The notes below the pieces were generated by a model, which was not told the DNA's origin, did no database searches, and worked only from the letters and a program-made list of their open reading frames with translations. The translations under genes and the position numbers were made by a program. Below, piece after piece: positions 12,701-25,000 of a stretch of 64,000 nucleotides of DNA. The stretch covers positions 11,966,001 to 12,030,000 of the forward strand of contig OZ281498.1 in assembly GCA_965637545.1 (NCBI GenBank), written 5' to 3'. The stretch's first letter is position 1. Each line of letters starts with the position of its first letter. This DNA is from Phallusia mammillata (Eukaryota).

Positions 12701-15700
12701 CTGATCTGCAAACCCATGAGTGTCTACGTCGGGCCCACTATTACCGGGACCCAAGTCGCTTTGCCTGCAAAGACTTTGGTCTGTGCTACAAGTATTATTG
12801 CCAGCAAATTGCGCGAAGATGCAATAGTTGCAAGAAGAGCTCAGTTGTCCAACAACCTTGTCTCGTTGTCGAAAAAAAAGCAGTTGTCAACGTGACACAG
12901 GAACCAAGAAAGAAGTATGTAACCATGGATGCTGACTTGTTTCAAACTGCAACAATGGAAATTCCTGAAGACCTTCCCAAGAAAAACATACTTCGTGTGA
13001 CAGCTGGAAGTCAAGAATGTGCTGCTTTCGTCGCTGAAATTCCGTACAAAAAGAAATCGGCGTACGTACTTTTAACTGCTGCAAGTTGCTTGGTGGATTT
13101 TCAGGTGGAATGTACAGCTAGTAACGAGTACAAAAACGACACACTTCATAGAAAAGAGGATCACGTATGCTTTGGATACAAGCGATGGAAGGTTCAGTCA
13201 GTTAATAAGGGATTCCGGTCCTATTGTGCCACTATACATAAAGAAGGTAATACAATGCATGTAAACGTGAAAAATGCTTCCCCTTTTAGTGATGGGAACT
13301 TCCCATCCATTAATTTCATTGTGAACTTTGCGTCCATTACCACACGATGTAGGCCAATTTAAGTAAGGTCTGCTGCTCGTTAACTTGGTCAAACTATTTA
13401 TCAGCTAATGTCTTTGCGGGTCTTTAGATCGGATGATTTGCAATTTCCAAATATTAACTTTGTCCTAAACTTATAGTTTATTCCTAATGAAACGCCAGTA
13501 ACTTTGGACGGTTGTTTAATCTGTCAATATTGTGCTTTTAAACGGCAAATGTCAAAACGCATGGGCGCCCCGCGTCTATTATAGTATATCTCCTGTGGGA
13601 TGTCAGCTGTCTACAGCAAACAATTGCGGTTTGTCTTCCAGGTCTATCAACGCAGATAGCCTTGAACGGAAAGACGGTAATGGTTCCAAGGCAATTTATA
13701 GAGTGCGGCGACTGTCGTTTCGACTTGGCGATAATTCGGCTAACGTCAAAGCAGTTTGGGGAGTTGAATGTCAGTTTTTCCGGGGCACACACTCTCGTGG
13801 CAAAAGACAAAGCAGAACTGGCCAACCACACTGTTTCAATTCAAAGCATACGTGAAGGCTGTGTGGGAGAGAGCAAAGATTCCACCATACCTCTGACAGT
13901 GGGGGGCGTTATCAGCAGTGCACAAAAAATGAAGCTTTGTATTATGCTTGGAAACATAACACACCGCACGTTCGAGAACTTGCTCTCTGGCGGCCCAGTG
14001 TCGTTGACTAATAGCGACTCAAGAGAGGTTGTGGGGGTAGCAACGCACATCGTACGTACACAAGTGCAGATTGATGACTCCAGCAACGACCTTAAAACTG
14101 TGACAGAAGCTCCTTTTGGAACGCAAATTCCTATTTTGGATCTCCCAATTGTGTCTGCAGTTAGAATATCGAAGGGTTTTATTAGTTTCGTCGGCCGTTG
14201 GTTGGACGCAACGCGAGATAGAAGTCCATGTGCGTTGAAGCTTCATCCAAGGTTTGACTGTTATCCTTCCTACCCAAAAGCCTTTGTAAACCAATCGTTG
14301 TGCATGTGCTCAAGGGGATGGACCAATGAGAGGTAAGTATGTTGCATTTTCAACGGGGACAGGTTGCACTAATAATTTATAAAACTATCTATTGCGTAAA
14401 TTTATTTTCTAACAAATGCGCATACCGCTAGATTTAATGGACAATCAACAGTCAAAAGTTTATTTCAAAATATTTGGTGTAAAACAGAAAAAATGACGGA
14501 CATTCCCCCGTAAATATTTTCAATACATTTGATTAAAAACAGAAATTCGTGCAAGAATTCGCTGGAGGTTATGTCGGAGAAATGCAAGTGGAACGCAAAA
14601 CAGCGGAATGCCAAGTGTAACGACCAACAAAGACTCCCATATAAGATCAACAGTCGGCGAAGACGTGCAATAGATTTGGAAATTATTCCCGGTTTGACAA
14701 CAAAACTGTTGCATACATGATTTAATATTCAAGCGAAGACTTTTTGGCCATTTGAATGCTAAGTTATATATGCCTTAAATTACATTTGGTTTTAACCAGC
14801 AACATTTTCTGTGTTTTTGTCCAATTTTGGTTAAAGAATTAACAACATGCAGTTCACGTTTTCTTTTACGGTTTGAAAGTTAAACGTTTTTATTGGTTTT
14901 ATTTTATTAGTTTATAGAATTATTTACAAACGCGTGCAAAGAAAGTTAAATTGCAATAAACGTAACATATTTGAAGTTTGAACCAATTTTAATGCCCTGG
15001 GGATAATTGATTGATTTTTAAAATTGAAATTTTCCACAACAAATTTTTACAAAACGTTTCAGGATCAACAACAAAACTAAGTCTTCTTTACGACAACATC
15101 ACAAATCCTGTGGAAATTGAGGAACTGCTACGACATCTGACTGACTTAGAAAGACTTGTCCTCGATTGCAATCATTTACAGGTGAAATTCCGTTTACTTA
15201 CTAGGAAATAACTTTGGAGGCGATTGTTTAATCATGAAAGTGGTATTCTGTATTGATTTTCTATTGAAATCCATATTTATGTGTTAAATGCATGCGAGAA
15301 ATAGTCAAAAGCCATCAGCACTGAAGTGGGCGCCAATAAAAATCAATGTTACTTTATCGGATTAATAATCTTGTGGGCAATTAAAATAGATTTGTTGTGG
15401 TAATTTCATGCAACAGTAATTGCTTTTAGAAGCAATCCGTTTTCAACAAATACAGAGTTTGCCATGGTATCATTATTAAAGGATTACAACTCAACGCAAT
15501 AACTTGTTTTCATATTTAAGACCACAAACTGAGTAAACGATTCCTTGCACAACCAGTCTTTTACAAAACTTTCATTTTTTGCGCTAAATTTCAGAAAACC
15601 TTGTGGAAAACATTCCAGTATGGAAGAAAATTGCGTTTTCTATCACTGCGATTTAACAACCTCACATGGCTCCACAGCGGCACCTTTCGGAAAAATCGAC

Positions 15701-18700
15701 AATTGTTATATCTATGTCTGGCAAATAACAGCATACCTGCCATCAACAATAAGCATTTTTCCAAACAAAACCAATTAGTGAATCTGGACCTAAGAGACAA
15801 CAAAATATGCGAAGTGACAGAGAAGGCCTTTCGAAAACTGAAAAACCTTGAAAGGGTGCTGCTGGGTAACAACCAATTGAAAACTTTACCTCGACACTTG
15901 TTTCAGAAAACAAAAAAACTGAAAGAGATTTGGCTTGAAAACAATTTGTTGGTGGGACTGCGCAGGGAGATATTCTCATTCTGTCCAGAACTGCGTTTTG
16001 TCAACTTAGAGGGCAATGGACTGATTCGACTGCCAAATGGCTTATTTATGGGGAATCCCCACCTCTACAACCTAAATTTCAATAATAATCAACTTGAGGA
16101 ACTGCCAAGTGATCTTCTCGATCATCAAAATTATATCACCCACGTCACTTTGTACAACAACACACAACTGCCGTTGCCCTTTACGTTGTCTGAATTTACA
16201 TCTTCGACAATTAACAATCTGAAAGGTTTGCTTGATCGATACGGTCGAGTTTGAGATGCATAATGGAAATTACTTCTCCGATATCACTCACTTAACTTAT
16301 GTATGAATTTCGAGGTTTGAGTGCCAGTTCAGACTATTTAAATTTACTTTGTTTGTGGTTGTTGTTTTTATTGTTGTTGTTTGACGATGTATCTACGCTT
16401 ACCGTATGGCTAATCACAGTAACATTTTAGCCTATAAAACAGTAACTGCCAAACAAGAACTTCCTTGTCTTTGCACTTCTGGGCATAAATAAAAAAGTGT
16501 ATATTTTAACTAATTTGTATTCAGTTACTTGGATTGATTTTAAGGGGGGGACTGTGCAACAGTCGCTTGCTTGTTCAGAATAAACGGTCACAATTATCAG
16601 TTACCGGATTTCAAGAAAAAACACTCTTCGCCCGGCGGTTAAATTAGCGAGTCCGCCTCTTTCAACTGTTCAATATTTTATGGAGTCGCCTGTCAGCCGA
16701 AACTGTTGCCGCTGCGCACGGACGGGCCATTACATGTGTCGCTGAACAACCTCTAGTTCAACAAATTATCCGAAAATCAATAGACCCCGACGGACGCGGA
16801 AATCGGCTTACGAAAGCCAATCAATGAAAAGCGACTACAATCTGTTGCGTTTTGTCTCAATCGACCTACCAAACGCATAAGATCATACCGTAAGCACGTT
16901 GAAGAAGTCGTTGTCACTCAAAGTCCCCAGTAGAGTGGTAACTGCATGAACCGCGATGGATTTTCGTAGCCCTGTCATGCTACCGCTTGAATCGACGAGT
17001 ACCACCATATCCTTGGGGTAAGTGGCGGCTTGAGTGTACCTACAAATGGTTTTCGATGTTGTGTTCGTTAAAATTTGCTACATCACACGAAAGCTCAACA
17101 TGATCAAAGGCCAGATTATGAAAAAGGGACTAGATCCAAACGCATGCTCGAATTTACTGATGCAAGACACTCATATCTATTTTGCCCGTGCCATTATTTC
17201 TTTTCCAAAATAGAGGGAAATTGAATGTAGTTCCTTATGTTAACGAAGGCAACCAGTACCATGACTTGCTAAACGATTTAAACAGGCCGCTTCAATTATT
17301 TTGTGCTTTAAGAATTCAGCAATGTATATCACAACGTACCCGCCCCTAATGTATTATTAACTAAATTAAACAACGTAATATTTATAGTGGATATAAAACC
17401 CTTTCTACTTAACTTTCATCAAAAAATAACTACACAAGAAAACACGGAACACGGACTTAAAGTCGTGTGTTGGCCATAATTATTATAACATTCTATTAAA
17501 ACCATGTCTTCAAATTTTACCCCCAAATAGTTTGACAAATATGTACCATTGTTGAGTGCGACAGTCGTACAAATTCAGCTTTCCAGTATCCGAAACCAAT
17601 TTCCATTGAAATCCTGGAAATATTCGAACGTAGCCTTCAACAGAGCCGAAATATTGCCATTTTAAACTTGGGTCGCGCTGCAGATTTTCCCGAAACTGAG
17701 CGTTTAAATTCTTGGACCATTCAACAGATTTTAATAGATCACTGTCTGAGAAAACAATTAGGAAAAGTTATACTTCCAAGTTTCAAGCTGTTGATAGTAC
17801 ATACAACCAGTGGTGGGATTCAAATTTTTTGTCAGCCAGTTCTGGTTTATGGTGGAAAATAAAATGTATCAAAGAAGGAGTTGGTGCCCTAGATCTCATT
17901 TTGTTTTATTGCAGTTCTTTGTAATCGACCATGGTTCGGGATCTACCCGTGGCTTTACAAATAAAATGCCCTTTGAGGTGACATTAATAAATTATTCATC
18001 TACAGTGAATTAGAATGAAACGCACGCCACGTCTCTAATACATGTTTCTTGGAACGTATCTTCCACCTTTTGTAGATAAGGTAACAGACACATACTGATT
18101 GAAAGCCAAAATTAACTTGATTTAAGGTAACAGTCAGTTAACTTGAATGTTTTGAAAACGTATGTTTGGAGCCAATTTCTTATATTTAACAGAATTAATG
18201 ACTTTCTTACTTTGCAACAGTTTGTTAGGGTTAGCGAATTTGTTTATTACATGATATACCTTTGCAGTAGACGTTAAATGGAACTTGCACAACCGACGTG
18301 TTTATATTTACTTTCGTCTTGAAACGCGAGTTCTTTTCGAAAACCATTGTTTTTCGAAGGTCAGCATAATCGTCATCTGTAAACAAGACATTCATCGTTG
18401 AAAAGATTTGTAAAGTGAGTTGGTATCTACTGTGCACTCACGGTCTAACAAATTATCTTCTTCCCTTGCGTTAATGTACTGCACGTTATTGTAATTGGGC
18501 GAAGGAGTCCACGACCAGTTTGTGGAGGCAGCAAACTGTTCCCCAGCTTCCACAAGACGCTGCCAAATCAATCAAAATTGCGTTAACAGAATCCAAAACG
18601 GTCTGGATCAGTCCCCACTCCCCGTTTTTGTAGTTTAAAAATTATATCCATATAAATTTACATCAGGAGCAAAGAAAAATTAAGACAAATACGTTTACAC

Positions 18701-19894
18701 AGAGGAAAAGCACTACACGACTTACTACACCTTTAAGGCACTGTGTTTTTTGTTCAACATCTTTTCCAGTTCAGAAGCGAAGTGAAGAACTGTTTTGGTG
18801 CCGTTGCGCTTGTGAACGCTGAATTCCTTTGCCCCAAATCGCCTTTCGTACAGCTACAAAAGTTTTTTTGTCATTTTATTTTTTAACTTTACAAAAGGAG
18901 AAAAACGAACGAATCTCCCTTTCAAGACATTGTGATTTTGATAGTAGTGGCCTTAGTGCATGGGGCTCTTAGCTAAACATTACATGTATAATGGTCAAGG
19001 CATTTCAGTCTAACAATTTTATGGCATAATTTTATGATTTAGAATGACTTAAATATTCACCATGTGCAGTTTGGTCAATTTAGTAATTTCTTCATATATT
19101 ACTAACAGTGGTAACAACAACGATTTATTTTAAATAAAATGCATGCGAGGTCTGCGTTGGCATTGGTTTTGATTAAGTCGGTTTAAGTGCTTGTGTTTCT
19201 GTAACCTTTTTCATTAATCATGGCATGACTGCTATATATGACTTTTATAGGAGAGTAACGATGTATAAACAAACGGAATGTTACATATTCAAGTTAAACA
19301 GCTTTATATTTTTAGACACTTTTTGTAAAATTTGTAATCATACGTACGCTTTTCAGTGCCTCACAGCCTGATAACGCCTGCATTTTGTCTTTCAGACCCG
19401 ATCCAAACGAGTCGGCAAGTTCGTTGTTTCTGTGTAAGTAGGAAAAAAATTCGTCACGCTTTCAACCAGCTGGGAATAGGAGGACGGTCATTTGAAAGAA
19501 CAACAGGCCAAAAGTCGAGACCCAACATAAATTATTTACACCCTCGCGCTTTCTAGAGCGATCTCTACGCGCTGATTGAAATGAAACTTGTTCCACAATT
19601 AACCCAGTGCCATTCAGAAAAATCGAATTTCAACGAATCACACGTTCAGTGACAATCCAACAACTATTGGCCTAAGAGTCGGTATTATCTTTATTCCGCG
19701 TATACTTACGATTCAAAATTCATCAAGTAGCTTTTTGCTGACTGACTCGAGCATTCCCGGAAGGTCAAAAAAATTATCAATGAAACGAGGCTTGTGCATC
19801 GAAACGACACTCCATGTTTCCACAGAAATAAAAGGTTAAGCAGGTTTATTATCCAACAAGTAATGCCGTAATTCTTCTTGTACCAAATTTCCAT
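3765..19894 (-). CDS. CACNA2D: Voltage-gated calcium channel alpha2/delta subunit, multi-exon (alpha2delta-3/4-like)
   Basis: Hand-spliced exons give a hydrophobic leader (19894-19708), [27 protein letters not shown] (17745-17546), [21 protein letters not shown] (17039-16889; VWA/MIDAS), [86 protein letters not shown] and RRRPDGC. A hydrophobic C-terminus ends at stop 3765. Confidence 0.95.
12628..16254 (+). CDS. Nested antisense gene: secreted serine-protease homolog (inactive) + EGF-like + LRRNT + about 10 LRRs
   Basis: Signal peptide [19 protein letters not shown]; trypsin motifs [19 protein letters not shown] and LLSGGPV. Exons: 12628-about 13260 (donor uncertain), 13617-14332, 14543-14691, 15063-15181, 15595-16254. 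The last three junctions are phase-compatible (2, 1, 0). The 24-aa LRRs follow LxxLxLxxNxL. The gene lies entirely within the CACNA2D intron 16888-11293. Confidence 0.7.
16488..16493 (+). terminator. Candidate polyadenylation signal of the nested gene
   Basis: AATAAA about 235 bp after the stop at 16254, followed by T/GT-rich sequence. Confidence 0.5.
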
Positions 19895-20035
19895 GTTGAG
19901 GCAGCAACACACAAACTTCTGCTCAGTTTCTGGTCATATTATAGATTTTTTAATGACGACTGCAAAATCAAAATGTTGTTACAATACGAGAACGTGCTTT
20001 CTGTGCTGCTTTCGTGGATCACAACATATTTTGTT

Positions 20036-20095
20036 GGCAACATTATGCTAACTAAAAACCTATTTTGATGGCAGCATTATGCTAACTAAAAACCT
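20036..20095. repeat. Short tandem duplication (34-bp period) upstream of the CACNA2D start
   Basis: cattatgctaactaaaaacct occurs at 20041 and 20075. Confidence 0.85.
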
Positions 20096-22073
20096 TCACA
20101 AACACAGCAGTGAATAAGCTGTTACCAGCTGGTTTCATTCCAGGGCGTCATTTAGTTTATTACTACAGTTGATTTTTTAAAGTAATGCACAACACACGTC
20201 GTATATCTCCTATTACGCTGGTGGGGTTATCCCATGACGTCTTTTGTGTTCTTATAATTTACGATTACAGAAAAAGTGGCTTTGGGCCTACTGGAAATTT
20301 TAACATTAATAATTTATGATGGCACATCACCCGGATTATCATTTAGTTCAAAGTTACAGCAATTCAAAACATCTCAACTAAAATGTGTTCGGCAAAGATG
20401 GCATGCAGTGCCAATTTTCATGCCGAAATAAAGAAATGACACCAATCAGAACTCTTGTTTTGCAGTGACTTAACCTGTATTGCACTTCGGTATATGCAAT
20501 GTAGCCTACTGTTACTTGTCACTAGAACTGCTTCTGCTCTGAAATCTTCACGAAATCTCAAAGCTGAAATCTTGACCTAAATGTGAACCTCGAGTGTAAC
20601 AGAATAATCCACGGCAATATAGCATTATCATTGATCGGCAAATCACAACCCGCTGCCTGCATCGTAATGCAATAAATTATTTAATTTCGACCTAATCAGC
20701 TCTTCCGACTGCTTTCAGGTGCTATTTTTTTCGGAACTTGCGTTCAATTATTCAGTGGTCCTGCTGCGTAGGCAATGTGTTGCTACCCGACTTCTAGCAT
20801 CTAAAACGTGCAGCAGACTTGCCGGACCGTTTTGTTACCATTCTGTGCACTCTGCTCACTACATATCGCCGACTGAATACCGCCAACCCTTGTACGCCAT
20901 AAAATAACGATTGCTTTCTCCGGGCAAGACGACTAGAAGCAGAACATCAATAATTTAAACGACAAGTCCCGGGGCATTTAGTGTGCGTCACTTTTGCAAG
21001 TCTATAGCGCCTCTTATCTCGCAACTGTCAAATAAGAATACAAAGTTCAGGCAACAAACGGACTGTTGACAACCGGAAGTTCTGGTAAAATCATTAAGAC
21101 GTTTCATGATATGATAACAACACACTTGGACGATTTAAAGCAATTTGCTATTTAAAGCAATTGAATACATGTTTTCACAAAGTACTTCTTATATTATAAG
21201 TTAAGACTTATACGTTACATTCAGCACAATTAAATTAACAGTCAAAGTGCGTGTTTTGATTGCCACCGCAGGCTGTTGAGTACGTACAGTGCGGTTCATC
21301 TACTGATGCTAACAACTTATGCTTACAATTGGTGGTTTATATGTTATCCTTGATCAGACACGTCTAAAATCGACTTTATACAAATTTGAAAAATATAGAT
21401 CATGGTTGAATTTTTTACTTTCCTACGGGCCAGTAGTTTTTGTGTAACATAGGGCTTAATAAACTGCCTTTTAACACTATTTTGTTATTTTAGTTTTGGT
21501 GGTTTTGCCCACTGATTGAGTGGTGCATCAATAAGCAAATAATGGTCAGCAGTAACAAAATTAAAGTAATAATATATTTTTAACACACAAATCACAACGC
21601 AAAATAACTACCATACCATTAAAACAGCACGCTAAAAGCAAAGGTACACGAAACATCTCATGGCACAAGAAAAGAATGGCTACGAGGCAAATTATCCAAA
21701 GATTAGTAAATTTTACAGTTGTGCAGGAAGACGAATTAATCGTAACTACATTTGATCAGGTTATGAGCTAATCTACGCTACGATGAACACTTGTGGGCAA
21801 AAAGGCAATGGATTTTGGATATGTAAGCATTGCAAACTTAGAGCGTGAATGCTGTAACACTTGTCAAGTGGTTTCAAAAACCGTTAGGTATTGGCTATAA
21901 CGTAAAGGCAAAAATTGGTTAAGGAACTTTCAAATAACAGTGTTCTAAACAAGTGCTTGTCGCCAAGGCACCAGGAGTATATAAAAGCGCATTGAAGCAA
22001 ATCTCAGAGTTCAAACAGGTAACACTAAAAACACACACACGCGGCATTTAACACTTAGTAATTTAATAGGGGC

Positions 22074-25000
22074 TTATTTCTTTGCTGGAATGAGATCAGC
22101 AATATCTTCACCAGCCATAAGCTTCTTTTCCATCTTTACAAGGATTTCAACACCGTCAACGACACACTGGACTTGTTCCACTTCGGACGAACCAAGTCTG
22201 ACAAAATCAGGAACAGATTAACCCAAATGAAACTGGTTATTGGTTTGACAAATAAAAAGGCAACTTTGCGCAAACCAATAGTTTGCAACTTGTGCACAAT
22301 GCAGTCATTTCTTATTGTTACAAATTTTACCGGTCCAGATTGGAGATATCAAAGGTCCCGTCATCTGATGCTGTATCGACACCTCCGGTGCCGCGCTTCT
22401 GGAGACGCAAGCTTTCAAGAATTTCGTTAAATCTGCGGCAAAAGATAGTGGCACTCATGTAAGATGGTAAATGCCGAAAAAAATGCCAAAAGTTTAAAGT
22501 CTAGTGATTTATTCGACACACGCTGAAACTTTGTAGCTGCGTTCGAACGGCTGGCAAATGATAAATATCGTAAATCTCATTTACTTAACGAGAAGTAATT
22601 ACGGAACACAGTCATTGTTGTAAATAAATCTGCGTGACGGATTAACAATACGACACTGGGACAACCGTTTGCGGTAGGGCACGATACATCGGATTAGGAA
22701 ACATCACCATCATGTAATATGATCACAGAAGGTGGTGCCTACAAACCTTTTGTCCTTGCAGAGAAGGGGCAACTTTACATGGACGCCTCCTCTCAAACCG
22801 GTGCCGAGGTTGGAGGGACAGGTGAGAACGTAGCCAAGATGCTCGTTCCACATAAACGATTTGCCGTTTTGCTTGAGCGAGTTTTCGACCTGCGTGACAC
22901 CGCGACAGAACCTGAACACAGAAAATCACAAAATAAAGTCAATACCATCCAAATCTCAACACTGGCCCTACTAAGTCACAGCTATGAAACAATTGACACT
23001 TTTACGACCTTTCGAAAACTGCTTTCATGTTTCCTCCCTTTTCCATAGAAATCAGACGCAAGTGATCTTCCTCATTGACCCAGACCAAAAAGTTCTTCTG
23101 ATCGTTGTGCCAAATTCCACGAGCATCGGGCCAATCACGTGCCATACCTGTGTTACGTCATATCGAATGAGTCAGTTCGCTGATTGTCAAGATATAGGCC
23201 AATAATTTTACCTGCGCTTGTAAGCAAGGGAGAAACTGGTTTGTCAAAAAGGAAGTGGTCGGCAATAAGTTGGTCCTGTTGAGCTTCTGTCATTTCTCCA
23301 AGCGGGTAGTACTTACCTTGTAAGTCTCCGCTCAACCTAAAGTTTTTTCAAAAAAACGTTATTTCGACGCTGACTTTTCAAGCGTGTTTTAGAAGTTCAA
23401 ATTCTTCAGAATTCATGATTTAAATACAGTAAGTTGTAGGATATGGTATTATAAAACGTATTCACAAACCAACAGCTGAGCTAGCACGAATCTTACTGTT
23501 GCAGAGCGTTGCGAGCAAGTGTTTCGACAGCTCTTCTTTCAGCACGATTGCACCACGGTGGCAGGGAAAGTCCACGGATACTGCGCCCAGTGCGGACTCG
23601 ACTGGAAAGAACGAAGTTTTCGTCGAAATTGCCTCCCCGCAAGTTTTCAGGATTTAGATCTGTCTTGTGCTTGCCATCCGCTGGAAAACCGTTGTGGCGG
23701 TCTAGGAAGAAGACACGAATAGTAACCTCTATACCCAGCGTTGATTAACAAGTAAAATAATTTTCTCTTGCAAACAAATTTAAAACCTAAATAATAGATA
23801 ATTATTAGTTGCTTACTGGAAATGACAGGTTCAAATAGCTCCTTGAATACGTTGTAACATTCCTCGTCACCGGCTGTTAAACCGACTGTGAATATAAACG
23901 GGTGGCCAGGGTTGTCCACTCCGGTCTGTATGCAACTGTCGAGAGTACAACCTATACAACACAATTCATGCACATTATAAAGGAACATTTCAATCACCTC
24001 AACATAACAAGCAAGACATACAAAGCTTCAGCAAAACAGTACATCTAGTCATGGTACTTAGTTTGCCTTAAAACGGTAGTTACGCTAGCAAACAGTTGTT
24101 TCAGTGGCCTCATTAAAAAGTCTTTGTGACAGGTTAGCATACCACTGCTGGTCTTTTTGTTTTCCAAGGCCAGATATATTTCCTTGGTGAGGCATTTAGC
24201 CATCCAATTGTTGTGCTGCGACAAATCTGGATAGTTGTCAAACGAATGCTTCACCTCAACCTGAAAAATATAAGCAAAAGTAACAAAAACAAATGCAATT
24301 TTAAACCGTACATGTTTACTTGAATCTGTCCTTCAAGATCCAAACTTAGGAACCTATTTTACTTCTACTAGGATGTGAAAATGCATTTAAGTTCAGACAA
24401 CTATAGATAAATTTACCTGTGCAACTTGTTTGTCATCTTGTTTGGACAGCTTCTTCTCACTTGGGATCATGTTATCGATGGATTGGCTTGCTTCCAGTTT
24501 TTTCTCCATTTCGATGAGCATTTCGACACCATCAATCACACACTGAACTTGCTCCACTTCCGACGATCCAAGTCTAATATAAAGCAAGACGTTTATAGCT
24601 TACATTTTTTACATAAGCAAACAATATGTTATGGGAAGCATGACTTGTGGAAACGCGTTTTGTAATGATACCTGTCTGAGTTGGAAATATCAAAAGTCCC
24701 GTCGGTGGAGGCTGTGTCCACTCCGCCTGTGCCACGTTTCTGCAATCTCAGGCGTTCCAAAATTGTTTCAAACTTCTTATGTTTGCTCAAAAGAGGAATC
24801 TTTAAATGGACACCTGGAAATGGACAACAGGCAAGATTGCCAGAGGAAAAATCTGATGCTGTTAAATAAGTATGCTCAGAAAAAAGAGGGGGGAAATCGC
24901 AGGCATACCTCCGCGCAAACCAGTACCAAGGTTGGACGGACATGTCAGAACAAATCCCAGATGTTGGTTCCACATGAAAGAATGTCCGTTGCTTTGTATA

